From the NCBI GenBank assembly GCA_965207075.1, contig CBDBLO010000002.1, positions 896,001 through 960,000 on the forward strand: a stretch of 64,000 bases of DNA. Reading direction: 5' to 3'. Numbering within the stretch: position 1 is the stretch's first letter; each line of letters starts with the position of its first letter. Of this stretch, positions 1 to 10,174 are shown piece after piece. The position numbers were made by a program, and so were the translations under genes. The notes under the pieces are model-generated. The model ran no database searches. It was not told the DNA's origin and worked only from the letters and a program-made list of their open reading frames with translations. The DNA is from Nitrosopumilus sp. (GTDB taxonomy: Archaea; Thermoproteota; Nitrososphaeria; Nitrososphaerales; Nitrosopumilaceae).

Positions 1-1
1 T

Positions 2-124
2 CCCGCTAACGGCAGTAACGGCAGCGGCGCATCCGGCGGCGGCAGCGGCCTGTCCGGAGCCCCGTTTGCTGCGGGAATCGTGGTCGGCATGCTGATCATG
101 TACGTGACCAGCATCCTGGTGTAG
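2..124 (+). CDS. C-terminal fragment of a membrane protein, probably a ZIP-family divalent metal transporter (truncated by window start)
   Basis: Frame from base 2 reads PANGSNGSGASGGGSGLSGAPFAAGIVVGMLIMYVTSILV*, stop TAG at 122-124. The terminal hydrophobic helix resembles ZIP/GufA C-termini. Confidence 0.45.
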   Translation, partial: PANGSNGSGASGGGSGLSGAPFAAGIVVGMLIMYVTSILV

Positions 125-298
125 TTCGGAGCATGCGGGGCGCGCGCCCGGCCCGCGTGCGGCAGAGCCGGCCGTGCCTGAGCCCCCGCGGTTCTCCCCA
201 TCCCTCCACCTTCCTGGGTAGAAGCAGGCACCTGCGGCGATCCCCGCGGCATGACAGTCGGGTCGCCGCCTGCGCGCACCGCGGTGCGCGGCCGCCGG

Positions 299-1789
299 TC
301 AGAGGGGCTCTGGGTGTATCGTAATTACCGCGTTCTCCAAGCCCTCTGCAATCGCGCGCTCAATCTCAGACGTGAGGCCGTGAACCTCTGCTATCGGCAG
401 CGCGCCGTCAAAGGAGCAGTCTATGTCTATCTTGAACGCGGATTTGTCGTTCAGGGCGATTATCCTGCCCACGGCCCTTATCTGCGGATATCCCTCCAGT
501 ATCACCCTTATCTTCTCGTTGAGCGCGGCATCCTCTGCCTCTAGATTGCGCGGCATGTTGGTGAACGGCTCCAAGTGCACCGTGGTGTGCTCTATGTATG
601 GCATCTGGCGCCTGATGTCCGACTCCACAACTTCTGATATCGCGTGCGCCCTCTGCAGGCTCATCTCGCTGTCCACCATCACGTGCAGGTCCGCGTACGT
701 CTTGCCCTTCGTCATGCGGGTGTTGACGTTGTGGACGCCCTTGACGCCATCCACGCGCCTTGCGATGTCGAGTATCCTTGCATCGGGCGGAACGCCGCTC
801 CAGTCGGGCTCAAAGTGGACGGTTATCGAGGCGTCCCCGGGTATGCATTCTGCCACGTTCCGCTCCACCCCCGCGCTGATCTCGTGGGCGCGCTCAAAGC
901 TCGAGTCGCCCCGCAGCGACACGGTGATGTCCGCGAACGTGGTGCCGCCTGACCGGCGCATCAGCACGGATCCCGTCATGATTACGCCGTCCGTGCCGTT
1001 GGCAACGCCCCTGACCCTCGAGACCATCTTCGGCGATATCACGTCAGTCAGGTCAAGGGCCGTCTTGTGCACCAGCTTTACGCTGAGGACTGCGAGCAGC
1101 CCTCCGAGAATCAGCGCCGCGGCCAGGTCCCCCTGGTGCGTGCCCGTGTACGCGAGATATATTCCGATTATGGCCACTGTGGTGGAGCCCAGGTCCATCA
1201 TCGCATGGTACAGGTCGGCCTTCACCGTGGTGCTGCCGCTGAGACTCGTTCCCGGCCCTGCCTTCAGGCTCCTTTTGAGCAGCACTATGCGAAATACGTC
1301 CACGCCTATGGTGTACAGCCCGCCTGCGATTGCAAGCATGCCCGGCAGCACGGAGGGAGGCGGCGATTGGAATCGGTGCAACGACTCGTATATGAAGAAG
1401 CACGCGATGGCAAATATGGCGATTCCGCCCATCATGCCGCCCAAGGACTCGATCTTGCCGTGCCCGTAAGTGTGCTCTGCATCCGGCGGTTTTATTGCCA
1501 TTCTGGTGGCAATCAGCAGCACCGCCGTGACTATGCAGTCGAGCAGCGCGTGTATGCTATCAGTTATCAGCGCCAGGCTGTTTGACACCACCCCCAGTAC
1601 CAGCTCTACCACGAATGCCGAGAATATTGCGGCAAGCGACATGTAGAGGACCCTTGTCCTGTTGTTGGCCTTGGCATTGGCGCGGCCGGCGCCCACGCCG
1701 GCGCCCGCGCCGGCAGACTGCCTGCCACCTTTGCGGTTATCCGAAGAATTCCCTGCACGTGCGTCGCCGCGGCCATCTCCGTCGTTCAT
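299..1789 (-). CDS. Cation diffusion facilitator (CDF/FieF-like) transporter with repeated C-terminal dimerisation domains
   Basis: SLALITDSIHALLD and PPDAEHTYGHGKIES motifs, ADLYHAMMD, ~6 TM helices, three C-terminal domains ending ITVHFEP/TTVHLEP/ITIHPEP. Start uncertain (1789, or later at the MSLAA Met). Confidence 0.92.
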   Translation of the reverse strand: MNDGDGRGDARAGNSSDNRKGGRQSAGAGAGVGAGRANAKANNRTRVLYMSLAAIFSAFVVELVLGVVSNSLALITDSIHALLDCIVTAVLLIATRMAIKPPDAEHTYGHGKIESLGGMMGGIAIFAIACFFIYESLHRFQSPPPSVLPGMLAIAGGLYTIGVDVFRIVLLKRSLKAGPGTSLSGSTTVKADLYHAMMDLGSTTVAIIGIYLAYTGTHQGDLAAALILGGLLAVLSVKLVHKTALDLTDVISPKMVSRVRGVANGTDGVIMTGSVLMRRSGGTTFADITVSLRGDSSFERAHEISAGVERNVAECIPGDASITVHFEPDWSGVPPDARILDIARRVDGVKGVHNVNTRMTKGKTYADLHVMVDSEMSLQRAHAISEVVESDIRRQMPYIEHTTVHLEPFTNMPRNLEAEDAALNEKIRVILEGYPQIRAVGRIIALNDKSAFKIDIDCSFDGALPIAEVHGLTSEIERAIAEGLENAVITIHPEPL

Positions 1790-1980
1790 GCGGCCCCCCG
1801 CGCGCACGGCCGTAGTTGGAGCCGGCCGCGACGCGCCGTCGCTTCCTCCCCTCCTTCTACCGCCGCCGCCGCCATTGCAGTTCCATGGGCAGGATTCAGT
1901 TATTATGTGTGGCCGGCTTTGTTATACACGTGAGGGATTCATCTGGCGTGGCCGTTTGCAGCCGTTCGGAACGCGTTGCA

Positions 1981-4900
1981 GTGAATGGGCGGCCCGCCGC
2001 GCGAGTACTGCGCCCGTATGTCCTGCTTGCAGTAGTGGCCGGCGCCCTGTTTGCGGCCGCAGCGGCTGCACCCGATGCCGCGGACCTACCGTTCTCACCA
2101 GCGCATGCGGCCCAGAACTCCAATGACAACCTGCTGGTGTCTGCTGAGAATCCCGAGTTCGACAATCACTTTGCGGGGTCGATGGTAGTCGAGGTCGTGG
2201 TCGCCGATCCGCTGGTCTCCGATACCAAGGGAGGGGCTGCCGGCGAGCCCAAGGTGTCCGTAAACGGGGCCACGCTGCGCATGGTCCAGTCCAGCAGCGG
2301 CCAGTGGTACGCCTACTTTGCAAACGAGGACGCCGCGAGGCGGGCCGATCAAATATCCCATGACGCGAGGCGGCCCGGACAGGGACTCGACTTTGGCGTC
2401 TTTTGCGGCCCCCGCACGCCTGCACCGGTACTGGGTGCCGAGTTTCCCGACTCTGACGGCGTGGCGATCCCACGCTCCGGCGGGCTCTCGAACTTTGCAA
2501 ACGGCGTGGAGCCGCTCTCGCCGTGCGGTGGGTTGGTGGATCCTGCATCGCCTGCGGAGAACAACGTGGTGAGATCCCCCCCGTCGCCCAGTGGGGGCGA
2601 GCCCTTGCATGGGCAGATCGGACTCAAGAGCGGGGCATGGCCGGTGATACAGCTCTTCTCGTTTGGCGGCGACGTGCGCATCGAGTACGAGCGGGGAGGC
2701 GGCGGCCCGCAGCGCGTCATCCTGCAGTATACTGACGATATTCGGACCATATCGTTCTCAACTGATCGCGGACAGGCAGAGCCGTATCCGGCGGGCGCCG
2801 AGGTCGTGCTGCGGGTGAGTGATCCGCAGCTCAACCAGGATCCCACCGACGAGGACTCTTGGACGTTTGGCACCTCCCCCGGCAGCCCCTCGGTGTTCTA
2901 CCAGGCGTTCTATGACGGGGGGCGCACCGCCGCAAACGGGGGCCCCGGACTTGCGGACCTGTATCCGCACCTTGGCAGGCTCGGGTTCGGCGACAACGGA
3001 TATCTGGGGGTCTCGCATGGCGGCGGAGACGTGCTTGAGCTGCGGCCCAACAGAAACCAGCCTGTCGGCAGCGTATACGACGGCGTGCGCCACTATGAGG
3101 ACATAGTAACGCTGGTCGAGAGCAGGCCAAACTCGGGACTCTTTGAGAGCGTGGATGCGTCGCACGTCTCAAACATGCGCATAGCGCCCGGCGCCGACAG
3201 GGGGACGTCTGCGGTAATATCGTACAACGACCGGTCGCTCTCTGTACTGACCGGCTCCCACACCGCCTCCCTGTCGCTTGGCGGTACTGCCGGTGCGGCC
3301 ACTGCCAGAGACGGCAGCCCCGTCCTGTCCGTGGACGCCTCGGGCTGGCGCTCGGGCCTGCGCATACCGGTGGTGCTCCAAGACGCCGATCAGAATACGG
3401 ATCCAAACCGGCGCGACAGGCTTGACGTGTTCCGTGACGGCGCCATCGTCCCGTCCATCAGGATTGGCTCGCCGCTGGCCCTGTCCTCCGCCTCCTCGGC
3501 CGCCGCATACCCGGACAGCGGCTCGTTTGAGGGGGCCGTGCCCATACCGGCGCGCTCGCCGGATCCGGTCTCGGCCCGCCTGCATCTTGATCTCGGACTG
3601 GCCGCGCTAGACCGCTCCGTCACATACGAGATGCTTGCAATCGACACGGGATACTCTGCGTCGCGCCTGTATGACGCGCTGATAGACGTATCTGGGGAGT
3701 CGAGCATCGGGACCAACTGGCTCAACATAGACATGCGCTCCCTTGGCGGCGCGAGGGGACTGGGCGGAGCGTCACTGCTCTTGTACGTGGGGGGAACGTC
3801 GGACGCGGATCCGATAATAATCGCGGACAGGCTGGGCGCGGCGCAGAGCCTGCTGTACGTGGATCCAGACCATGTGAAAAGGATTGCCTCTGGCCTGCAG
3901 GAGGGGGGCAGAGGAGGAGGAGGCACGGTGCATGCGGTGGTCGATTTCGGACCCGGCGGCGGGCTTGACGCCGGAGGCATGGGGGCCGCGGTCACGGCGC
4001 CCGTGGTGCTCGACGTCTTTTCCATTGGGGTGGAGGACAAGAAGATTGTAAACAACGCAATATACAGGCTTGAGCTCGAGGAGACTTCCGGGGACTCCGG
4101 TGTGTTTGGGGGCACGCTTGAGTTTGCCGCCGCAAACCAGCTCAACATTGACGATCCAGACTTTATACTTGATACCACCCCGATAGGAAGCGACGTAAAG
4201 TTCGTCACGCTCGGCCGGATGGTCGACGAGGATGCCATTACCATCACATACTCTGATCTGGCGCGGGTGGGGGCCGTCATACCGCAGTCCGTCTCGCAGC
4301 CCGAGACAGAGATCAAGTCGGAGAGCGGCAGGGTCTCCGTATACACGCCGTCCGGGCAGCTGAGGTTCGGCACGCCGGTTACGATCACGCTAAACGATCC
4401 GGATCTCAACCTGTCCGCGGACACCATCGAGGTGTATCTGGTGGTGGACGATTCGCGCCTGCCAAGCGTAGACACGGTGGGACGCGGGGCCCATACGATG
4501 CTTGAGGTAAAGTTCAAGGATGTCCGGTACAAGCGCTGCACAGTCGACGGCGTGCAGCACGGAGGCCTTGCATCTACGGGATTCGCGCTAGTGGAGACGG
4601 GCCCCGGAACCGGCGTGTTCGAGGGGGTGTTCAAGATGCCGACTCGAGTATGCGACAAGTCCGGCTCCGGTCTGATGTCCACCGCCGGAGGCGCCATGGA
4701 CGTCGTATACTACGACTCTGTTGACTCGTCGGGAAACCCAAGCGCGTTTAGCATGCTGCGTCAGCAGCAGCAGCAGCAACAATCCGACCCTTCATCCGGC
4801 GCCCGCACCCAATCCCCCCTGACGGTGGGAAATACGGGAAGCATATCGGGTTCTGCCGGCCCTGTACCTAACGATGATAATGACGATATCGGCCTCAGCG

Positions 4901-5586
4901 GCGCCGGTACTGTGGACGTCGAGATCAAGCAGCCCCGCAAGCCATCTGCAAGCCTTAGCGCCAACCGTGTCGCATTGGAGCGCGTGGGTGACGTCTCCTC
5001 CATTATACTTTCTGGCAACGTCGGCACGTATGTGGCGAACTCCATAGCTGCCATCACCGTCAAACATCCGGACGGAACCGAGCGGTCCTTTGACATGCGC
5101 GTGGGGGCCGATGGAAAATACGGCGCCATCATAAACCTGAAGGGTGGGAACGATCTGCAGGGCAACTATTCGGTATCCGTCGAGCACGGACAGAATGCAG
5201 ATCCTGTTGCTCTTCTCACGTTCTATGTGGAGTCGACCCCTTTGGTGATCCCTGATTCTGTGAGGGCCGCTGCATCCGAATGGTCCGCTGGTATGATATC
5301 CGATGCCGAGTTTGCCAAGGAACTGTCTGTCTTGGTGTCGATGGACATACTCGCGTACGATTCTGCCGTCCTTGGCGCCGGTGATGATGACGCGGGGCGG
5401 GCGCCGGTTGTGGGTGACAACGAGACGCAAGGGCACGGCGCAGCCGTGCCACCCCTTGCAGGATCTTCGACACTGCCAGCATGGATGGACGCACCGGTCA
5501 GATGGTGGACCATGGGACTCGTTCCTGACGAGACCTTTGTCGAGTCCGTCCAGTACCTGCTTGATGCGGGGATTGCAAGATTCTAG
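1981..5586 (+). CDS. Large secreted S-layer-protein paralogue (Nitrosopumilus SLP-like) with C-terminal Ig-like module and paired IPxW/WW anchor repeats
   Basis: Signal peptide, then NLLVSAENPEFDNHFAGSMVVEVVV...GEPKVSVNGATLRMVQ...WYAYFA...GLDFGVFC, which matches the recalled N-terminus of Nitrosopumilus S-layer proteins. Repeated LxETG..GVF motifs. GTG start at 1981 is inferred; the ORF track opens at 1816. Confidence 0.72.
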   Translation: MNGRPAARVLRPYVLLAVVAGALFAAAAAAPDAADLPFSPAHAAQNSNDNLLVSAENPEFDNHFAGSMVVEVVVADPLVSDTKGGAAGEPKVSVNGATLRMVQSSSGQWYAYFANEDAARRADQISHDARRPGQGLDFGVFCGPRTPAPVLGAEFPDSDGVAIPRSGGLSNFANGVEPLSPCGGLVDPASPAENNVVRSPPSPSGGEPLHGQIGLKSGAWPVIQLFSFGGDVRIEYERGGGGPQRVILQYTDDIRTISFSTDRGQAEPYPAGAEVVLRVSDPQLNQDPTDEDSWTFGTSPGSPSVFYQAFYDGGRTAANGGPGLADLYPHLGRLGFGDNGYLGVSHGGGDVLELRPNRNQPVGSVYDGVRHYEDIVTLVESRPNSGLFESVDASHVSNMRIAPGADRGTSAVISYNDRSLSVLTGSHTASLSLGGTAGAATARDGSPVLSVDASGWRSGLRIPVVLQDADQNTDPNRRDRLDVFRDGAIVPSIRIGSPLALSSASSAAAYPDSGSFEGAVPIPARSPDPVSARLHLDLGLAALDRSVTYEMLAIDTGYSASRLYDALIDVSGESSIGTNWLNIDMRSLGGARGLGGASLLLYVGGTSDADPIIIADRLGAAQSLLYVDPDHVKRIASGLQEGGRGGGGTVHAVVDFGPGGGLDAGGMGAAVTAPVVLDVFSIGVEDKKIVNNAIYRLELEETSGDSGVFGGTLEFAAANQLNIDDPDFILDTTPIGSDVKFVTLGRMVDEDAITITYSDLARVGAVIPQSVSQPETEIKSESGRVSVYTPSGQLRFGTPVTITLNDPDLNLSADTIEVYLVVDDSRLPSVDTVGRGAHTMLEVKFKDVRYKRCTVDGVQHGGLASTGFALVETGPGTGVFEGVFKMPTRVCDKSGSGLMSTAGGAMDVVYYDSVDSSGNPSAFSMLRQQQQQQQSDPSSGARTQSPLTVGNTGSISGSAGPVPNDDNDDIGLSGAGTVDVEIKQPRKPSASLSANRVALERVGDVSSIILSGNVGTYVANSIAAITVKHPDGTERSFDMRVGADGKYGAIINLKGGNDLQGNYSVSVEHGQNADPVALLTFYVESTPLVIPDSVRAAASEWSAGMISDAEFAKELSVLVSMDILAYDSAVLGAGDDDAGRAPVVGDNETQGHGAAVPPLAGSSTLPAWMDAPVRWWTMGLVPDETFVESVQYLLDAGIARF

Positions 5587-6041
5587 GCATGTCCTGCGTC
5601 CTCAAAATCGTACTGTTGCCGTTTATCTGGGCACTGATCTGCCGGGACATCCACGAGCACATGGGGGTTCTACAACGTGGCATGCAGGATGTATGGGGGC
5701 GGCACACCCGTATATTCGCGCCTTGCCAATATGCTTCTGGGGGGGGGGGGAGAGAGGGGAGGGGAGGAGAGGCCAGCCGTGCCGGTCCGAGTACGGACGC
5801 ATGAGCACAAGCTGGTACAGGCTGCCAGCCCGTACCTGCTCAACTCGGTGTCTGTACCCCCGCCCTGAATGAACTGACTTTCAAGTTCACAGTTTATGGG
5901 GCGGCATAATGACGGGACGCGGGGGTGTCGGATGAGCCACAACCGTTACAGCAGCCGTGCTGTTCGGCTTCCTCACACGGCATTCTGATGCAAGCCGAGC
6001 CTTTCTCTAGAATACATAAATACAGGATTGATATCCACTAG

Positions 6042-7124
6042 ATGAATATGAGAGTTGCAGGCCTTCTGGCTTTTTTGCTACTTGCTGTAACGGTATTGTC
6101 TTATGGAATGGTGCCTATATCACACGCGCAGTCAAGTGATCCCAGTGATATGGTTCTTCCGACAGCCGAGTATGACCTTGTCACTTTGGAGGCTCTGTAT
6201 GCGAACGGCCAGCAAGTCACGGCGCAGGGCACGATTCCAAACTATGCAGATCAGTCCCTGAAGCATCCCGTGACCGCCAGGGTCATGTACCTTGATGACA
6301 GTACCGATCCCGTCAAGGCCCAGCTACTGTGGTTCGGGCAAGTCATGCCGTCAGAAGATGGTTCATTTTCATTTTCATTCAAGGCCGGCGGGCCATTGTG
6401 GAAGTTCAACGGCGATTACTATATTGTGGCATATTATGGCGGCAACAACAGGGACGTGGCGTCATTCGAGTTTACTGGCGCAAACACGCCTCTCTTCGAC
6501 GATCCTGTGTCCGAGCCGCCCGTAGAGGAGCCGCCCGCCACCGTTGATCCGCCCGCCCCAGTGGATCCACCGACTACCCCCCCACCTCCACCTCCACCAC
6601 CCCCCCCACCTCCACCCCCCCCACCTCCACCACCTCCACCACCTGAGCCAGAAGAGCCCGTATGCGGCCCCGGAACCGTCCTGATTAACGGTGTGTGCCA
6701 AGTGGAGCAGCCTGAGCCCGAACCGGATGATAATCGTAACGGATGTCTGATTGCGACTGCGGCATACGGCACGGAGCTCGCGCCACAGGTACAGATGCTC
6801 AGGGAGATACGCGACAACACGCTGCTGAGCACCGCGTCCGGTTCGTCGTTCATGACAGGATTCAACCAGATGTACTATGCGTTCTCGCCCGCCGTGGCCG
6901 ACCTTGAGCGGGAGAACCCGGCGTTCAGGGAGGTGGTGCGCGCGGCAATCACGCCGTTGATCTCGACTCTGTCCATAATGTCCCTTGCAGATCCGGGCTC
7001 CGAGGAGCAGGTTCTCGGACTGGGAATCTCCGTTATAGCGCTCAACCTGGCGATGTACATTGCCGCGCCGGCGCTGGTTGTCGTCGGGACACGCAGATAC
7101 ATAAAGTCCCGAATGGCCCTTTGA
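6042..7124 (+). CDS. CFI-box-CTERM surface protein with Ig-like domain and poly-proline linker
   Basis: Signal peptide; GCLIATAAYGTELAPQVQMLREIRDN (CFI-box); CGPGTVLINGVC motif; C-terminal TM plus basic tail; TATA-like ATAAATA ~25 nt upstream. Confidence 0.88.
   Translation: MNMRVAGLLAFLLLAVTVLSYGMVPISHAQSSDPSDMVLPTAEYDLVTLEALYANGQQVTAQGTIPNYADQSLKHPVTARVMYLDDSTDPVKAQLLWFGQVMPSEDGSFSFSFKAGGPLWKFNGDYYIVAYYGGNNRDVASFEFTGANTPLFDDPVSEPPVEEPPATVDPPAPVDPPTTPPPPPPPPPPPPPPPPPPPPPPEPEEPVCGPGTVLINGVCQVEQPEPEPDDNRNGCLIATAAYGTELAPQVQMLREIRDNTLLSTASGSSFMTGFNQMYYAFSPAVADLERENPAFREVVRAAITPLISTLSIMSLADPGSEEQVLGLGISVIALNLAMYIAAPALVVVGTRRYIKSRMAL
6577..6644 (+). repeat. CCN microsatellite encoding a ~22-residue poly-proline stalk
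   Basis: Run of ccc/cca/cct codons inside the CFI-box gene. Confidence 0.9.
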
Positions 7125-7151
7125 GAGGCGCAGGGCGGATTCAACGCGCAC

Positions 7152-8402
7152 GGCGCTGTCCAACTTTTCACCGCCAAAGTCACGAAAAGCTTAAAGATCA
7201 TGACGCGCCCCGGTGGCAAAGCTTATTGATCATATTGTAATCGCCATGTCAATGGCTTCCAAAAGAAGCAAGAAGGACGACAAGAAAAGACAGGATGCCC
7301 ATGTGCGGGCATACAAGGCGGAACGGCGAAGGCAGAAGATCAAGGAGTGCCGCGACTACAAGACGTATGAGAGAAAGCGAAGGGGCGAGGGCAGGGTGAA
7401 GAGGATCAGGATCAAGCAGCTAGCTAAACTGATCCGCGACACCCTGCCAGACGCCACAGATACGAACGTTTCCAGGATCGTGTGCGTCGTAGACATGACA
7501 TACCGCGGCCACTCGTACCGCAGACACGTCGAGTACCTGGATGAGCATTCAGGCTCCGTAAGCATGTACGGGCTAAAAAGAGTTCCCTCGAAATCCGGCC
7601 TCCACGGCTGGGCAGGGGAGCTTGCAGGCGACATGGAGTTCGTGCTGGGGCTCCTCGCCAGACAGGCCGGGGACGACGCGCGCGGCACCCTGCTGGGCGA
7701 CTCGTCGGGGTTCTCCATAGTGAAATACGAGGACTGGGAGGACGCCAAGCGCGGGATCATATCCCGGCGCGAGTTCGACAAGCTCCACATACTGGTCGCG
7801 CCGCACGGCAGGATCGCGACGTGCGCGGTAACCGCGGGACGGCGGCACGACTCGCCGGTGTTCCGGGAGATGTACGGGCGCATACCGCAGGGAAGCGGCC
7901 GCACCATACTGGACGCCGCGTACCTGTGCAAGGCAAACTGCAGGATGATCGCGCGCAGCGGGCGCAGTCCGGTCATATGCCCAAAGGGGAACTCCCGGGC
8001 AAGGGGGCTGCATCCGATGGGCCAGATGCTGAAGTGGTACGAGAGCGACCGTGACGGGTTTGACAGGGCATACCACCAGCGGAGCCTGGTCGAGACCGCG
8101 TTCTCCGTCATCAAGGAGAGGTTTGGCGCCGTCGCGCGCGCAAAGACGTTCCGCATGAGGCAGCTGCAGCTCGCGCTAAAGTGCGTCTGCTACAATCTCG
8201 TCGCCTGATTCCGCATCCGCCCGCAGGGGGGCAGTGCACCCCCCCAGCGTACGCTGCAGACTGATGCGCCACACGCAACCAAAAACCGGAGACTTGCCGC
8301 CGGACATGCCACAATTGCGGCAGAAACGGACCCGCCCATCGCCTAAAGCCCGCTTAATTGTCCATAAAATTGGGGCGCGGCTTACAAGAGTTGGACAGCG
8401 CC
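7152..8402 (+). mobile_element. Complete insertion sequence, IS5 family (IS903-group-like), 1251 bp
   Basis: 14-bp perfect TIRs GGCGCTGTCCAACT (7152-7165) and AGTTGGACAGCGCC (8389-8402). Flanked by 9-bp direct repeat AACGCGCAC (7143-7151 and 8403-8411). One intact transposase ORF. Confidence 0.95.
7213..8208 (+). CDS. DDE transposase (IS5/IS4 superfamily, DDE_Tnp_1-like)
   Basis: GDSSG...KLHILV...HDSP...LDAAY...YHQRSLVETAFSVIK catalytic pattern. Start may be ATG 7246. Confidence 0.92.
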   Translation: MAKLIDHIVIAMSMASKRSKKDDKKRQDAHVRAYKAERRRQKIKECRDYKTYERKRRGEGRVKRIRIKQLAKLIRDTLPDATDTNVSRIVCVVDMTYRGHSYRRHVEYLDEHSGSVSMYGLKRVPSKSGLHGWAGELAGDMEFVLGLLARQAGDDARGTLLGDSSGFSIVKYEDWEDAKRGIISRREFDKLHILVAPHGRIATCAVTAGRRHDSPVFREMYGRIPQGSGRTILDAAYLCKANCRMIARSGRSPVICPKGNSRARGLHPMGQMLKWYESDRDGFDRAYHQRSLVETAFSVIKERFGAVARAKTFRMRQLQLALKCVCYNLVA

Positions 8403-8409
8403 AACGCGC

Positions 8410-8433
8410 ACAAACAAGTTATAAGCTGTTTGT
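8410..8433 (+). promoter_or_regulatory. TATA box (TTATAA, 8419-8424) bracketed by a 7-bp inverted repeat; promoter/operator of the 8447 gene
   Basis: ACAAACA-agttataagc-TGTTTGT. The TATA ends ~23 nt upstream of ATG 8447. Confidence 0.5.
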
Positions 8434-8446
8434 ACCGGTATTCGTC

Positions 8447-9352
8447 ATGGTAGTGACGGCGGCCGCATCCCCGGCGCTGTTCGCAGTGACCGCCGTCGGA
8501 CTGCTGGTGGCCGTTGGATACGCACCGGCCTGGCCGTCGGCCGCCCACCACGCGTACGCGGACACCCTGGCGGTCCAGATCCCAGACACGGCCGCCGGCA
8601 GCCCGTTTACGCTGGGCGCGTCGGATACCGGCACCATCGGCACGTTCTACTTTGACGCGTCGTTTGAAGGAACAACAACCCCGATCTCGACTGAATACGG
8701 CGACTACTACTGCATAGGATGGGAGGCGCGATGCCAGGGACTGCAGGATGACAGCGTGCCGATAATTGTGTTTCTGGAGGATGACGAGGGGCGCGACGCG
8801 CTCGTCAACTTTACGGTCATGCAGAGGGTGCTGGGCGACGAGAACATCGGCCCGTCAAACACCGTCAGCGTATCTGAGTCCGATAACATCGCAGTGCTTC
8901 CGGAGCCTCCGGGGGACTTTGGAGCCGTGACTCACATCGCCATTGACTTTAGAATCGACGCCAAGTCGTTCAAGGAGGCCCTGGTGACGGATCCGGACTT
9001 TGAGGGGCGCCACGTGTTCAACTACGACTTTAGGTCCCTGCAGCTGGGGGACGACGCGCACCCCCTCTTTTCCATAATAAGCGCCGACGGCCCCATAGGG
9101 CCCGACATCGACGGGTACTATGCGCACTCCATCCTGGACTCCCCCCTGACGGAGCGCGCCGGGACGATTCAGATACCACACAGGCACGTGCTGGCGCTAG
9201 ACCAAATAGACGACGACAGGAACATCGGGGTGATAATCGGTTTTGTGAACGCGGACTACACGGACTACACTCCACAGCACCTGGCCGATGCCGACATGCC
9301 CATAGCGTTCAACGTATGGGCAGAGCCGGCGCCCCCAAGCGTGTGCCGCTGA
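8447..9352 (+). CDS. Secreted protein resembling an isolated internal module of the S-layer-like protein
   Basis: Hydrophobic signal peptide ending AYA; acidic mature part. IAIDF...FNYDFRSL...PIAFNVW aligns by eye with LAIDT...LNIDMRSL...PVVLDVF in 1981..5586. The ORF-track start at 8234 lies inside the IS. Confidence 0.6.
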   Translation: MVVTAAASPALFAVTAVGLLVAVGYAPAWPSAAHHAYADTLAVQIPDTAAGSPFTLGASDTGTIGTFYFDASFEGTTTPISTEYGDYYCIGWEARCQGLQDDSVPIIVFLEDDEGRDALVNFTVMQRVLGDENIGPSNTVSVSESDNIAVLPEPPGDFGAVTHIAIDFRIDAKSFKEALVTDPDFEGRHVFNYDFRSLQLGDDAHPLFSIISADGPIGPDIDGYYAHSILDSPLTERAGTIQIPHRHVLALDQIDDDRNIGVIIGFVNADYTDYTPQHLADADMPIAFNVWAEPAPPSVCR

Positions 9353-9692
9353 ATCCCGCCGACGTACGCGTAGCGTTCGGCGCCTTTGTGTTCGTGTCAT
9401 CCGGTGGCAGCGGTGCGCACATGCAGCGGGATGGCAGGCCGGCACAAGGCCGGATCACGAGGAGACCGTGTCCGGCCGGCACGCGTTGGCGAGGAGGACG
9501 TATTGAGAATGTCATGATGGAGTATGCAAGCAGCACCGGGAGGTTCCGGGGACTTGGGATAATCTGCATGGATCCCGTGGGTGACTTGATCGCCGTAACT
9601 AGGATTACACCATGCGCCTGCGCGGCATGGGCCAAAAGCAGGACCACAGGCGCACTAGCATCCTTATTATATTGAGGGGTATAACGCGCCCC

Positions 9693-10016
9693 ATGCATAC
9701 CGAATACGAGGAGTTTGAGACGATTGAGGACTTCTTCATGTACATCACCTCTGCAATCTCCCCGATGAAGAACACGCTTCCGATAAGCTCCTACCGCGGA
9801 TACCTGATGTCGTTTGTTCCGCTTGGGGCCTCGAGCGGGGACTCTTTTCTGGTGGTATACGCGCAGGCTACGCTTGAGCCCGGGCTGTACGAGTTTGACC
9901 TGCCGTCAAAGTCGTACTCCAAGGTGGACCGCGTAGAGCGCGCGGACAAGTTCTACTTCGTCGTGCTGACCCCAAAGCGCAACACGCTGGCCGACGAGGC
10001 GCTCAAGAACATCTGA
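9693..10016 (+). CDS. Small conserved archaeal hypothetical protein
   Basis: MHTEYEEFETIEDFFMYI...; host-like codon usage; TTATTATA upstream. Confidence 0.7.
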   Translation: MHTEYEEFETIEDFFMYITSAISPMKNTLPISSYRGYLMSFVPLGASSGDSFLVVYAQATLEPGLYEFDLPSKSYSKVDRVERADKFYFVVLTPKRNTLADEALKNI

Positions 10017-10174
10017 CACTGCGTTCCTGCATTTTTTGCTGTTGCTGCTGCTGTCGCCGCCGCCGCCATTATCTGCCGCGTCGTATGCCGCGTCGCCCTT
10101 CCAGGCGCCCTCTGCGCATGCCGCCATCTGGTGTCGTGCGGGTGGGCCAAAAACCGGGCTAGTCCGTCTGGCGG

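Noticed and set aside
8234-8446. ORF-track N-terminal extension of the 8447 protein
   Set aside because: It lies within the IS right end and upstream of the TATA box, so it is a chance open frame.
9353-9690. Small ORFs (9316..9675 +, 9309..9698 -) or SRP/RNase P RNA in this spacer
   Set aside because: No recognisable protein motif or codon bias, and no SRP helix-8 or RNase P P4 signature.
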